10,439 bases of DNA from a bacterium (GCA_046757165.1 JBHHXT010000176.1:1-10439), one strand, 5' to 3'; counted from the stretch's first letter, positions 1 through 7,119 are shown. Program-made: numbers and translations. Notes: generated by a model not told the origin, from the sequence alone.

Positions 1-49
1 ATGTTCATGAATCTGTGCGGATAATCTAAGAAAAGACTCGATGATTGTC

Positions 50-86
50 TAACCCTGTGGTAACAATCTTTAACACCGGTGTAACA
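50..86. promoter_or_regulatory. Phased TAAC(A) direct repeats, candidate OmpR/PhoB-family regulator boxes
   Basis: TAAC starts at 50, 61, 71 and 82 (spacing 11/10/11): cTAACc, gTAACA, tTAACA, gTAACA. Direct repeats one helical turn apart are typical of winged-helix response regulator sites. The target gene would lie outside the window. Confidence 0.4.
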
Positions 87-168
87 TGTCAGGTATGGTT
101 GGCTTTTTTGGGGGAGGGTGTAAGGAAGGAACAGACTGCGTTGTCGATAAAAAAACTTAAGCGCCTAG

Positions 169-197
169 TTCTCGACTGGGAACTTCGCCCAGTAGAA
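169..197. repeat. Short imperfect palindrome (stem-loop)
   Basis: TTCT-cg-ACTGGG-aacttcg-CCCAGT-AGAA: 175-180 pairs with 188-193, and 169-172 pairs with 194-197. Confidence 0.5.
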
Positions 198-217
198 ATG
201 GTCCCTTGGGGGGCAGC

Positions 218-300
218 TTGATATACGATTTGCGATAGATGATTTCCGATTTGCGATCTCAGTTCATTCGAAAATCAAAAAATCGGCAATCGTATATCGA
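218..300. repeat. Heptamer-periodic inverted repeat element
   Basis: GAT starts at 220, 227, 234, 241, 248 and 255 (exact 7-nt period). The mirror arm has ATC ending at 276, 284, 291 and 298. The outer arms match: TTGATATACGATT versus the reverse complement TCGATATACGATT. Confidence 0.8.
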
Positions 301-315
301 CAAGAAATTGTCGAT
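296..315. other. Perfect 8-bp hairpin just downstream of the kinase stop codon
   Basis: ATCGACAA-GAAA-TTGTCGAT, 24 nt past the stop at 340. No adjacent U-tract on the minus strand, so it is not called a terminator. Confidence 0.5.
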
Positions 316-339
316 GATTTTCAGTCAGCGCCCAATTTC

Positions 340-3300
340 TCACGTCTGGCGTGACTTCTCATACTCAGAAGGTAGCTGGCCAAACAGCGCCTTGAATGAC
401 CTGGCAAAATGTGAAAGGCTGTTGAATCCCACTTCATAAGCGATTTCCGTGACCGTGCCACTCTTTTGCCGCAAGAGCTGAGCAGCGCGCCTCAACCGCA
501 TCGTGCGGATAAACTCTCCTGTCGTCTGGTTCGTGAGTGCTCGCAATTTGCGGTGCAACTGCATCCGGCTCAGAGCCACTTTGCGCGCGAATTGCTCCGG
601 CGTGAAATCGGGGTCCGCGATGTGCTCATCGATAACGGCCATCGCCCGCTCGAGAAACCGGGCGTCCATGGAGGTGACGGCGACGTCCAGCGGCTGCAGG
701 GTTATTTCACGGCTGAATCTTTCCCGCAGTTTTCGGCGCTGCTCGATCAGGTTTTTCACCCGCACCTCGAGCTCATGGGCATCGAAAGGTTTGGTCAGGT
801 AGTCATCGGCGCCGATTTCCAGTCCCGAGATTTTGCTCTCGCCGGATGCCCTGGCGGTCAGCAAAATTACCGGAATGTGGCAGGTGCGTTCGTCGGTTTT
901 GAGCTTTTTGCACAGCTCGAAACCGTCCATCCCTGGCATCATCACGTCGCTGACCACCAGGTCGGGGATGGTCTCGAGGGCATTCTTCAGCCCGTTGGTC
1001 CCGTTTTCTGTTTCCAGCACGCCAAACTCTTTATCGAGTATCTCTCGGATGTAGCTTCGCATATCGCGGCTGTCTTCCACCACGAGAACAATGGGGAGCT
1101 CCTGTTCAGTTCCGGGTTCCTGTGCGGTTTCTGAGCCGACTTCAGGCTTCTCCGCTTGTTCTAATTCAAACGCAAGAATCGCCGCTTCGGGTAAATCTGT
1201 CTCCAACTCCGGTTCTTCAACGATCTGGCTATCCATTTGTGCCTGGCCTTGCGGCAGGCGAACCAAAAAAAAGCTGCCGCAGCCCGCTTCGCTCTCAACC
1301 CGAATTTCGCCGCCGTGCAGCTCGACCAATTCTTTGGTCAGCGCCAAACCGATGCCCGTGCCTTCGTGGGTTCGTGTTGCAGACTGGTCGACCTGATAGA
1401 AGCGGTCGAAAATTCTGTCGAGTTGCTCTGCCGGAATACCAATGCCGGTGTCTTTTACGGTCATTTCAATCCAACCTCGCTGCAAACTTTCAGGTTTCGA
1501 ATCCCGGATTTTTTCAGCTTCCACTTGCAGCTCTGCCATGACTTCGACCTTGCCGCCCTCGGGTGTAAATTTAAGCGCATTGGATATGAGATTGGACAGG
1601 ATTTTTTCCAAGCTGTCTCGGTCGAATGAGGCAATAATCACCTCCGGCGCTCTTAAGGTGAGAGCAACGCCCTTTCTTGCTGCCGCCGATTCAAACGAGG
1701 CAACGACTTGCCTGATTATTTTGGCCAGGTTGCCCGGACGCGCGCGCAAGACCATCTGCCCGGCTTCGAGTTTCGAAAGATCCAATAGCTGGTTGATGAG
1801 ACGCACGAGCCGCTGTCCCTGTCGTTTCATCAACTCGAATTGCTGCTTTATGTTCGCGCTGAAATCTTCACTGAGCAATCGCTGCAGCGGACCGAGAATC
1901 AGTGTTAGCGGCGTGCGGAATTCGTGCGAGATGTTGGCGAAAAAACGCGACTTCATCTGATCGAGCTCGCGCAGCTTTTCGGCTTGGAACTGCTGCATCC
2001 GCAACTCGTGAGTCAGGCGGAGCTGAGCGATCAGGTCTTTGGTCGTTTTGGCGGAGTTGCGCGAGAGAAATACGGACACGGAAATCAGCAGCAGCAATTG
2101 GGCATAGAAGGGCGCTGGAAAATCGGCAAAAGTCCACGGCGGCGGTGGTACGATGGCCGGCGGTTCGTAAGCAAGCAAGTAGTAAACTGTCACAAGCGCG
2201 CCCGGTATCATGCCAAGCAGGATGATCCACCCTCCTTCAAGCCGGGTCCGCCGTTTTTTGATGCGAGACATAATCAGCGCTCGCAGGAACTCCACAAGGG
2301 TAAGGCTAAGAAATAGGACCAAATACAACGGCGTTTTGAAGGGCCTGAACCAATATAAAAGTATCAGGCCAAAACCCACGAAGCAAAGCGCAAAGAAAAT
2401 GTTGGGCAGCCTGGGATAGATAAGAAAATAGGTCAGTCGAAAGGCTAATAACAACGTCAGGATCATAGCAAGAGGCAGCAAGCGATTGACCCAAACAACA
2501 ATGGCCGGATCCGTTATGAAATAAGAATCATAGAAAGTGGGGAAAACAACGTAAGCATTGAGAGCGAAGCCTGCGCTTATCCCCGCAAAATAAAGATTAG
2601 CACGTAACTGAGGGTAAAACAAAAAAAGCAGAAGATGCATCAGGGAAAACGCCAGGAACACACCGGTGAGAAGCATTTGGTGCGTGGTGACTTTTCTTCT
2701 GATAATTTCGCGCTGCGCACTTGCCTGAATCACTTCGTCGTAGCTTTGGATTACCCACAAGCCCGCGGGGCGTGCACCCGACCAAACGGGTGAGCGCTGA
2801 TAGAAGCTTGAATACCGCATGGCAAGGAGATGCGGCGATTTCCCTGCAACGATTTTTGAAGTGGGACGGAAAATAATAGTCTGAGGTGTGTGATAGCCAT
2901 AATGAGCTTTTTCTGCCTTTTCAGTCGTACCAACCTTACCGATGCGATAAACCAGCTCACCGTCTAAATAGAATTCATAGGCTCCTCGGGCGAAGGGCAC
3001 AGACAAGGCCAGCGGGACATTCCAGAGCGCGGAGTCCACTTCCAGGACAAAACGCAGCCAGCCAATACCCTGCCAGCGATCGAATGGGAACGTGCCGAGT
3101 CTTATTTTCTCCCAATCGCTATCGTCGAGCTCCGGCCGCGCCCATTCCGGGTTGTCGCCCGGATGAAATTTCCAGTTGCTGCTTAACTTGATCCCATCAC
3201 GGCTGTCCTTCAGCGTGTTCGCCTCCTGCACTTCGACCACGTTAGTCGTCTCCGCAGCAAGCTGGCTTGCCGTAAAGGGCGTCTCTAAAGCTACACCCAA

Positions 3301-3354
3301 TTTCGTTAAGAAAAAAAGCAGCAGCAGGGCAAAGGAAAGTGTACCCTTTTCCAT
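340..3354 (-). CDS. Hybrid sensor histidine kinase / response regulator / AraC-family transcription factor with 7TM and extracytoplasmic carbohydrate-binding-like sensor
   Basis: 1004-aa ORF with a signal peptide; WKFHPGDNPEWARPELDDSDW...GIGWLR (sugar-binding jelly-roll style); seven hydrophobic helices; H-box FFANISHEFRTPLTLI (His codon 1924-1926); N-box NLISNALKFT; G1 DTGIGI; F-box IFDRFYQ; G2 GTGIGL; REC LVVED...SDVMMPGMDG (Asp codon 946-948)...LLTA...KPF; AraC tail IRTMRLRRAAQLL...EIAYEVGFNSLSHFARSFK. Confidence 0.97.
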   Translation of the reverse strand: MEKGTLSFALLLLFFLTKLGVALETPFTASQLAAETTNVVEVQEANTLKDSRDGIKLSSNWKFHPGDNPEWARPELDDSDWEKIRLGTFPFDRWQGIGWLRFVLEVDSALWNVPLALSVPFARGAYEFYLDGELVYRIGKVGTTEKAEKAHYGYHTPQTIIFRPTSKIVAGKSPHLLAMRYSSFYQRSPVWSGARPAGLWVIQSYDEVIQASAQREIIRRKVTTHQMLLTGVFLAFSLMHLLLFLFYPQLRANLYFAGISAGFALNAYVVFPTFYDSYFITDPAIVVWVNRLLPLAMILTLLLAFRLTYFLIYPRLPNIFFALCFVGFGLILLYWFRPFKTPLYLVLFLSLTLVEFLRALIMSRIKKRRTRLEGGWIILLGMIPGALVTVYYLLAYEPPAIVPPPPWTFADFPAPFYAQLLLLISVSVFLSRNSAKTTKDLIAQLRLTHELRMQQFQAEKLRELDQMKSRFFANISHEFRTPLTLILGPLQRLLSEDFSANIKQQFELMKRQGQRLVRLINQLLDLSKLEAGQMVLRARPGNLAKIIRQVVASFESAAARKGVALTLRAPEVIIASFDRDSLEKILSNLISNALKFTPEGGKVEVMAELQVEAEKIRDSKPESLQRGWIEMTVKDTGIGIPAEQLDRIFDRFYQVDQSATRTHEGTGIGLALTKELVELHGGEIRVESEAGCGSFFLVRLPQGQAQMDSQIVEEPELETDLPEAAILAFELEQAEKPEVGSETAQEPGTEQELPIVLVVEDSRDMRSYIREILDKEFGVLETENGTNGLKNALETIPDLVVSDVMMPGMDGFELCKKLKTDERTCHIPVILLTARASGESKISGLEIGADDYLTKPFDAHELEVRVKNLIEQRRKLRERFSREITLQPLDVAVTSMDARFLERAMAVIDEHIADPDFTPEQFARKVALSRMQLHRKLRALTNQTTGEFIRTMRLRRAAQLLRQKSGTVTEIAYEVGFNSLSHFARSFKALFGQLPSEYEKSRQT

Positions 3355-3391
3355 TTATTGCTCAGAATATTGGTTGGCGTGGAAGTTAGAA

Positions 3392-3420
3392 AAGTTAAGG
3401 ATTACCATAATGAAACACAA
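3392..3420 (-). promoter_or_regulatory. Possible sigma70-type promoter for the hybrid kinase
   Basis: Minus strand TTGTGT (3420-3415), 17-nt spacer, TAACTT (3397-3392), about 40 nt upstream of the ATG in AT-rich DNA. Both boxes are imperfect. Confidence 0.35.
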
Positions 3421-3732
3421 GTAAAAATGTGAACCCAATCCGGATGCCAGGCTGATGGTCCAAGTCAAGGTGGTTGTGACAAAGGCAACGCCTATTGGCC
3501 CAACGCAGATTACGATTTTGGGACCCTGAGGGAGGAGGAGGTAGAATATTCCACACGGAACAAGAAATCACGCGGTCTTTTGACGAATAAACTTTTTCCG
3601 TATTGACCACTCTATCGATAACAAATTGGCGCAATTTTTCTCAAGGGCCAATTCTATGCCTTCTTGGCTGGGGTTGTCACGGTCTCGCAGCTAAATCATC
3701 TCATCCGAATCCAAACGCTCTCCCGCGGTGCG

Positions 3733-4161
3733 TTACTCCAGAAACCGTCCCGCTTCTGCGCCCGAAGGAATCCGGCAAATATCGTATTTGCCAAACCATC
3801 TGTAACGGCGGCTGGCGATCACATCATAAGCCCAATCCCGTATCGGGCGCGGGATGAGCCGGCACCAGGACAGCAGCCGCCAAATTCCGCCCATCTGCTC
3901 CAGAATGTGCAAAATGGCTGCTGAACAGAGGTGCACCGTTTCTTCCCCCTCCTCGCTTTGCTGGACCAGGACAACCGTATCCGTCCCGGCCCCGAGGCGC
4001 GGGTGGCGTGAAAGGATGTGCCTGGCGGTTTTCCCTTGCAGCGGCGCAAACTGAAGCTTCCGCGCCCGGTCTATTCTGAGAAGAAAAGTGACAACGCGGT
4101 GGCAGAGCGCACAAACGCCATCGTAGAGAACAAGTAAGCTTTTTGGGTTGTTTTCGTTCAT
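3733..4161 (-). CDS. DCC1-like thiol-disulfide oxidoreductase family protein (DUF393)
   Basis: 142 aa with LVLYDGVCALC (DxxCxxC), LQFAPLQG, and C-terminal PRPIRDWAYDVIASRRYRWFGK..C..P....RF, all characteristic of the family. SD-like GAGGGGAG lies just upstream of the ATG. Confidence 0.93.
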   Translation of the reverse strand: MNENNPKSLLVLYDGVCALCHRVVTFLLRIDRARKLQFAPLQGKTARHILSRHPRLGAGTDTVVLVQQSEEGEETVHLCSAAILHILEQMGGIWRLLSWCRLIPRPIRDWAYDVIASRRYRWFGKYDICRIPSGAEAGRFLE

Positions 4162-4180
4162 ACACTCCCCTCAATCAGAC

Positions 4181-4442
4181 GCCCAAAATCAGTGAGAATC
4201 TGGTGTCACCAGCCATCAATCCTCGGTTGCGGATTTGTACCGAAAAACACGGTTGCAAACCGTGTTGGATCCGGTTTGAATTGGTGCCCGAAAAAAAAGT
4301 GGGGGGACATTAGGCCCAAAATCAGCGAGAATCTGGACTCACCACCCATCATTCCTCGATTGTCGATCCTCGATCCTCGGTCGTGGATTTGTACCTAGAA
4401 CACGGTTGTCCCGCAAAGGCGGGATGTTGGATCGGGCTTGAA
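4181..4442. repeat. Diverged ~100-bp tandem duplication (copy 1 4181-4280, copy 2 4314-4442)
   Basis: Aligned blocks: 4181-4222 vs 4314-4355 (37/42), 4223-4241 vs 4377-4395 (17/19), AACACGGTTG 4246-4255 vs 4399-4408 (10/10), and 4263-4280 vs 4425-4442 (16/18). Confidence 0.92.
4349..4390 (+). repeat. Heptamer tandem array (TCGATCC-like), 6 degenerate units
   Basis: TCATTCC TCGATTG TCGATCC TCGATCC TCGGTCG TGGATTT. Confidence 0.85.
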
Positions 4443-4453
4443 ATAACTGAGAT

Positions 4454-4488
4454 TCAATCATCGATCATCGATTATCGATCCTCGATCA
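4454..4488 (+). repeat. Heptamer tandem array (TCGATCA-like), 5 units
   Basis: TCAATCA TCGATCA TCGATTA TCGATCC TCGATCA. Confidence 0.9.
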
Positions 4489-4554
4489 ATCTCCTCTCTT
4501 GCTTTAGTGAATTTAAAGATTATATTGTTCCTTTGCAACCGATCGGGAGGTTCT

Positions 4555-6963
4555 ATGCAACGCATTCTGTTTCTGTTTTCTTTGCTTCTTTGCAGCATGA
4601 CTCGGCTCAGCGGCCAGCCGATTCCCGACTATGCCACGCGCTCAGCTTTTCTGTTTGCGCCGCCGGCAGCGTTCGATGGCGGTCTGCTCGGGTTCAGCAA
4701 TCCGGCGACCCTTGCGTTCCTGGCAAAACCGGAGCTGCGTTTCCTCTGGACCACCGATGACGCCGGGCTGGGCTCCCTGCAGAACTGGGGGGCTTTTGGC
4801 GGTGTGAAATATCTCGGCGTTGGTGTGCAGCGACAAAAAGTTGACGGCGTCGGGGTCACTGATTTCAAAATCTCGACGGCGTTTGGCTCCCGTGCCCTGG
4901 CGTTGGGGCTGGGGTACGGCTGGTCTGCCGGCAAGCAAAACGCCATGGGCCGGGAGAAGATCCTTTCCCTTGGCATGATTTCCCGGCCGTCCCGGTTTCT
5001 CTCTCTTGGCCTGACCGGCAACCTGTCGCTGGAGAGCAGCCAGCGTGAGGGCATTGCTGAGGTGGGCCTCCGTCCCTTGGGAACACCGAGACTCACTTTG
5101 TTTGCTGACGCGGCACTGCAGAAGGGCGTGGCTCGGGAAGATGCGCCATGGAGTGTTGGCGCTGCGGTGCGCGTGCTGGCGGGCGTCAACGTGCTGGGCC
5201 GATATTTCAAATCCGAGGCGTTTACCCTCGGCCTGACCGTTGACTTCGGCCGCAAAGGCGCCGGCGGCCAGGCGCATTTCGACCCGGATTCGCGCCATGT
5301 GGCGAATACTTTCTTCCTGCGCTCCGGCGGCGAGAAGGCCAGCTTTGTCACAGCCCCGGCCAAAGGAAAGCGCTATGTGCCCCTGTCGCTGCGGGGCCGA
5401 ATCGACTACTTGAAATACCGCTACTTTGATGGCGGCGGCGAGCGGTTGATGGACGTGCTGCAGGATATCGAGGCGGCGATCTCGGATGAGCGCGTGCGGG
5501 CCATCGTGCTCAATTTGTCTGCCATGCGCGTCCGGCCCGAGCATGCCTGGGAGATCCGGGAGCAGCTTCGAAAAGCGCAGCAGGCCGGCAAGGAAATCAT
5601 CATCTTCCTCGAGCGCGCCGGCATGACCGGCTACCATCTGGCGAGTGTCGCCGATTACATTGCCATCGATCCACTAGGCGCTCTCCATTTGCCAGGATAT
5701 GCGCTCAGCCGAACCTATTTCAAAGGCACGCTAGCCAAACTGGGCCTGGGGTTCGAGGAGTGGCGCTTTTTCAAGTACAAATCAGCCAATGAGGCGTTCA
5801 GCCGCGACAGCATGTCTCAGGCAGACCGCGAGCAAACCCGGGCCTTTGTTGACGACTGGTATGAGCTCACACGCTCCGAGGTTTGCCGCAGCCGCAACCT
5901 GACTCCTGCAGAATTCGACTCTCTGGTCGACGTGGAGAGCTACTTTCAGGCCGAAGAGGCGCTGGCGGCCGGCCTGGTCGACACGCTGGCGCGCTGGTCT
6001 GAAATCGATGGCGTCATTCGGACGGTGACGGGCACAGGCGCGAAAGCGCTGGCCAGCCAGCACCTGTTTGCCCACTCCCTGCCGCCGGAAATCTGGGGGC
6101 CCCAACCCCGAATCGCGGTCGTTTATGGCCTTGGCGTCTGCGCCATGGACGAAGGCATCAAAGCGCGCTGGCTGCAGCGCGTCTTTCAAGTGCTAGCAGA
6201 AAACAAGTCGGTCAAGGCCGTCGTTTTCCGCGTGGACTCCCCTGGCGGCGATGGCATGGCCAGCGACGTTGTGGCTGAAGCGATCAAAAAGTGCCGGCAG
6301 AACAAGCCCGTCATCATCTCACAAGGCCAGGTGGCGGCCTCCGGCGGCTACTGGCTTTCCATGTATGGCGACGCGATTCTCGCCGGGCCCAATACCGTCA
6401 CCGGCTCCATCGGGGTCATCTTTGGATGGGTCTATGATACAGGCATCGGCGAAAAACTCGGCATGACCTCGGACCTGGTAAAACGCGGCGAGCATGCCGA
6501 CCTCGGCCTGGGCATCAGAATCCCGTTCACCGGCCTGCAGGTGCCGGCGCGCAATCTCAACGCCGAAGAGCGCAAGAAGGCGGAGCGCACTATCCGGCAG
6601 CACTATGACCACTTCGTCAAAAAAGTGGCGGCAGGCAGAAGCATGCCGGAGTCGCGTATTCGGGAGATTGCCGAGGGACGCATCTACTCCGGGGTGGACG
6701 GCAAAGAGCTTGGCCTGATCGATGAAATCGGCGGGCTGTTCACAGCCATCGAGCTCGCCAAAGAAAAAGCGGGCTTCAAGCCAGGGCAGGAGGTCGAGCT
6801 GATCGAAATCCCCAAAGACCGGGGCTTCTTCAATCTCAGAGAGCAGTTTTCCCCCGTCGGCGTGACCACCACCGATGATCCGGTTATTCAATTTCTCCAG
6901 CTCATCGGGGAGCACCCCGGCACGCCCCTGCCCATTCTTGTTCCGGGAACGTATCCGGAGTAA
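4555..6963 (+). CDS. sppA: Signal peptide peptidase SppA (peptidase S49, tandem-domain 67K type) with N-terminal beta-barrel-like extension
   Basis: Start moved from GTG 4507 to ATG 4555 (GGGAGG at 4545-4550, followed by a clean signal peptide), giving 802 aa. First S49 domain: DERVRAIVLNL, GYHLASVADYI, KYKSANEAF (catalytic Lys codon 5779-5781). Second domain: KAVVFRVDSPGG, QVAASGGYW (catalytic Ser codon 6340-6342), TGSIGV, AEGRIYSG...GLIDEIGG. Confidence 0.93.
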   Translation: MQRILFLFSLLLCSMTRLSGQPIPDYATRSAFLFAPPAAFDGGLLGFSNPATLAFLAKPELRFLWTTDDAGLGSLQNWGAFGGVKYLGVGVQRQKVDGVGVTDFKISTAFGSRALALGLGYGWSAGKQNAMGREKILSLGMISRPSRFLSLGLTGNLSLESSQREGIAEVGLRPLGTPRLTLFADAALQKGVAREDAPWSVGAAVRVLAGVNVLGRYFKSEAFTLGLTVDFGRKGAGGQAHFDPDSRHVANTFFLRSGGEKASFVTAPAKGKRYVPLSLRGRIDYLKYRYFDGGGERLMDVLQDIEAAISDERVRAIVLNLSAMRVRPEHAWEIREQLRKAQQAGKEIIIFLERAGMTGYHLASVADYIAIDPLGALHLPGYALSRTYFKGTLAKLGLGFEEWRFFKYKSANEAFSRDSMSQADREQTRAFVDDWYELTRSEVCRSRNLTPAEFDSLVDVESYFQAEEALAAGLVDTLARWSEIDGVIRTVTGTGAKALASQHLFAHSLPPEIWGPQPRIAVVYGLGVCAMDEGIKARWLQRVFQVLAENKSVKAVVFRVDSPGGDGMASDVVAEAIKKCRQNKPVIISQGQVAASGGYWLSMYGDAILAGPNTVTGSIGVIFGWVYDTGIGEKLGMTSDLVKRGEHADLGLGIRIPFTGLQVPARNLNAEERKKAERTIRQHYDHFVKKVAAGRSMPESRIREIAEGRIYSGVDGKELGLIDEIGGLFTAIELAKEKAGFKPGQEVELIEIPKDRGFFNLREQFSPVGVTTTDDPVIQFLQLIGEHPGTPLPILVPGTYPE

Positions 6964-7005
6964 CTCGACATTTATGGTGGATAGTTTGCATTTTGGGATG
7001 AGGGG

Positions 7006-7119
7006 GAACACCGACACGCTAAAGCGTGAACACCCCTAAACAACGGCGATGGGGGGTCGGTGTTCAAGCTTCAGCTTGCGGAGGGCGGGGGCGGAAAAAC
7101 ACACCAAAGTGTGAACATC
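7006..7119. repeat. Cluster of three REP-like hairpin units (5-bp stem, 4-nt loop, AACAYC tail)
   Basis: 7015-7034 (+) CACGC-TAAA-GCGTG-AACACC; 7059-7078 (-) CAAGC-TGAA-GCTTG-AACACC; 7100-7119 (+) CACAC-CAAA-GTGTG-AACATC. There is also a perfect 10-bp inverted repeat, GAACACCGAC 7006-7015 / GTCGGTGTTC 7056-7065. Confidence 0.85.

Noticed and set aside
466..2316. Plus-strand ORFs inside the kinase gene (466-1134, 1237-1629, 1442-1960, 1924-2316 and others)
   Set aside because: Antisense shadows of a well-supported CDS, with no recognisable motifs.
2280..2720. Lower GC in the kinase gene as a sign of a foreign segment
   Set aside because: It coincides with the Phe/Leu/Ile/Tyr-rich TM helices, so amino-acid composition largely explains it.
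3514..4190. GATTTTGGG (3514-3522) as an inverted partner of CCCAAAATC (4182-4190) flanking the DCC gene
   Set aside because: Only 9 bp, it does not extend, and no target duplication was seen, so it is compatible with chance.
4507..4554. GTG start at 4507 for sppA, as in the ORF track
   Set aside because: It has no RBS. ATG 4555 has GGGAGG upstream and starts a clean signal peptide.
239..4760. Small ORFs 239-439, 3395-3634, 4192-4398 and 4383-4760
   Set aside because: No recognisable products. Three run through repeat arrays (for example SSIIDYRSSI is translated heptamer DNA) and/or overlap real genes, and 3395-3634 has no supporting motif.
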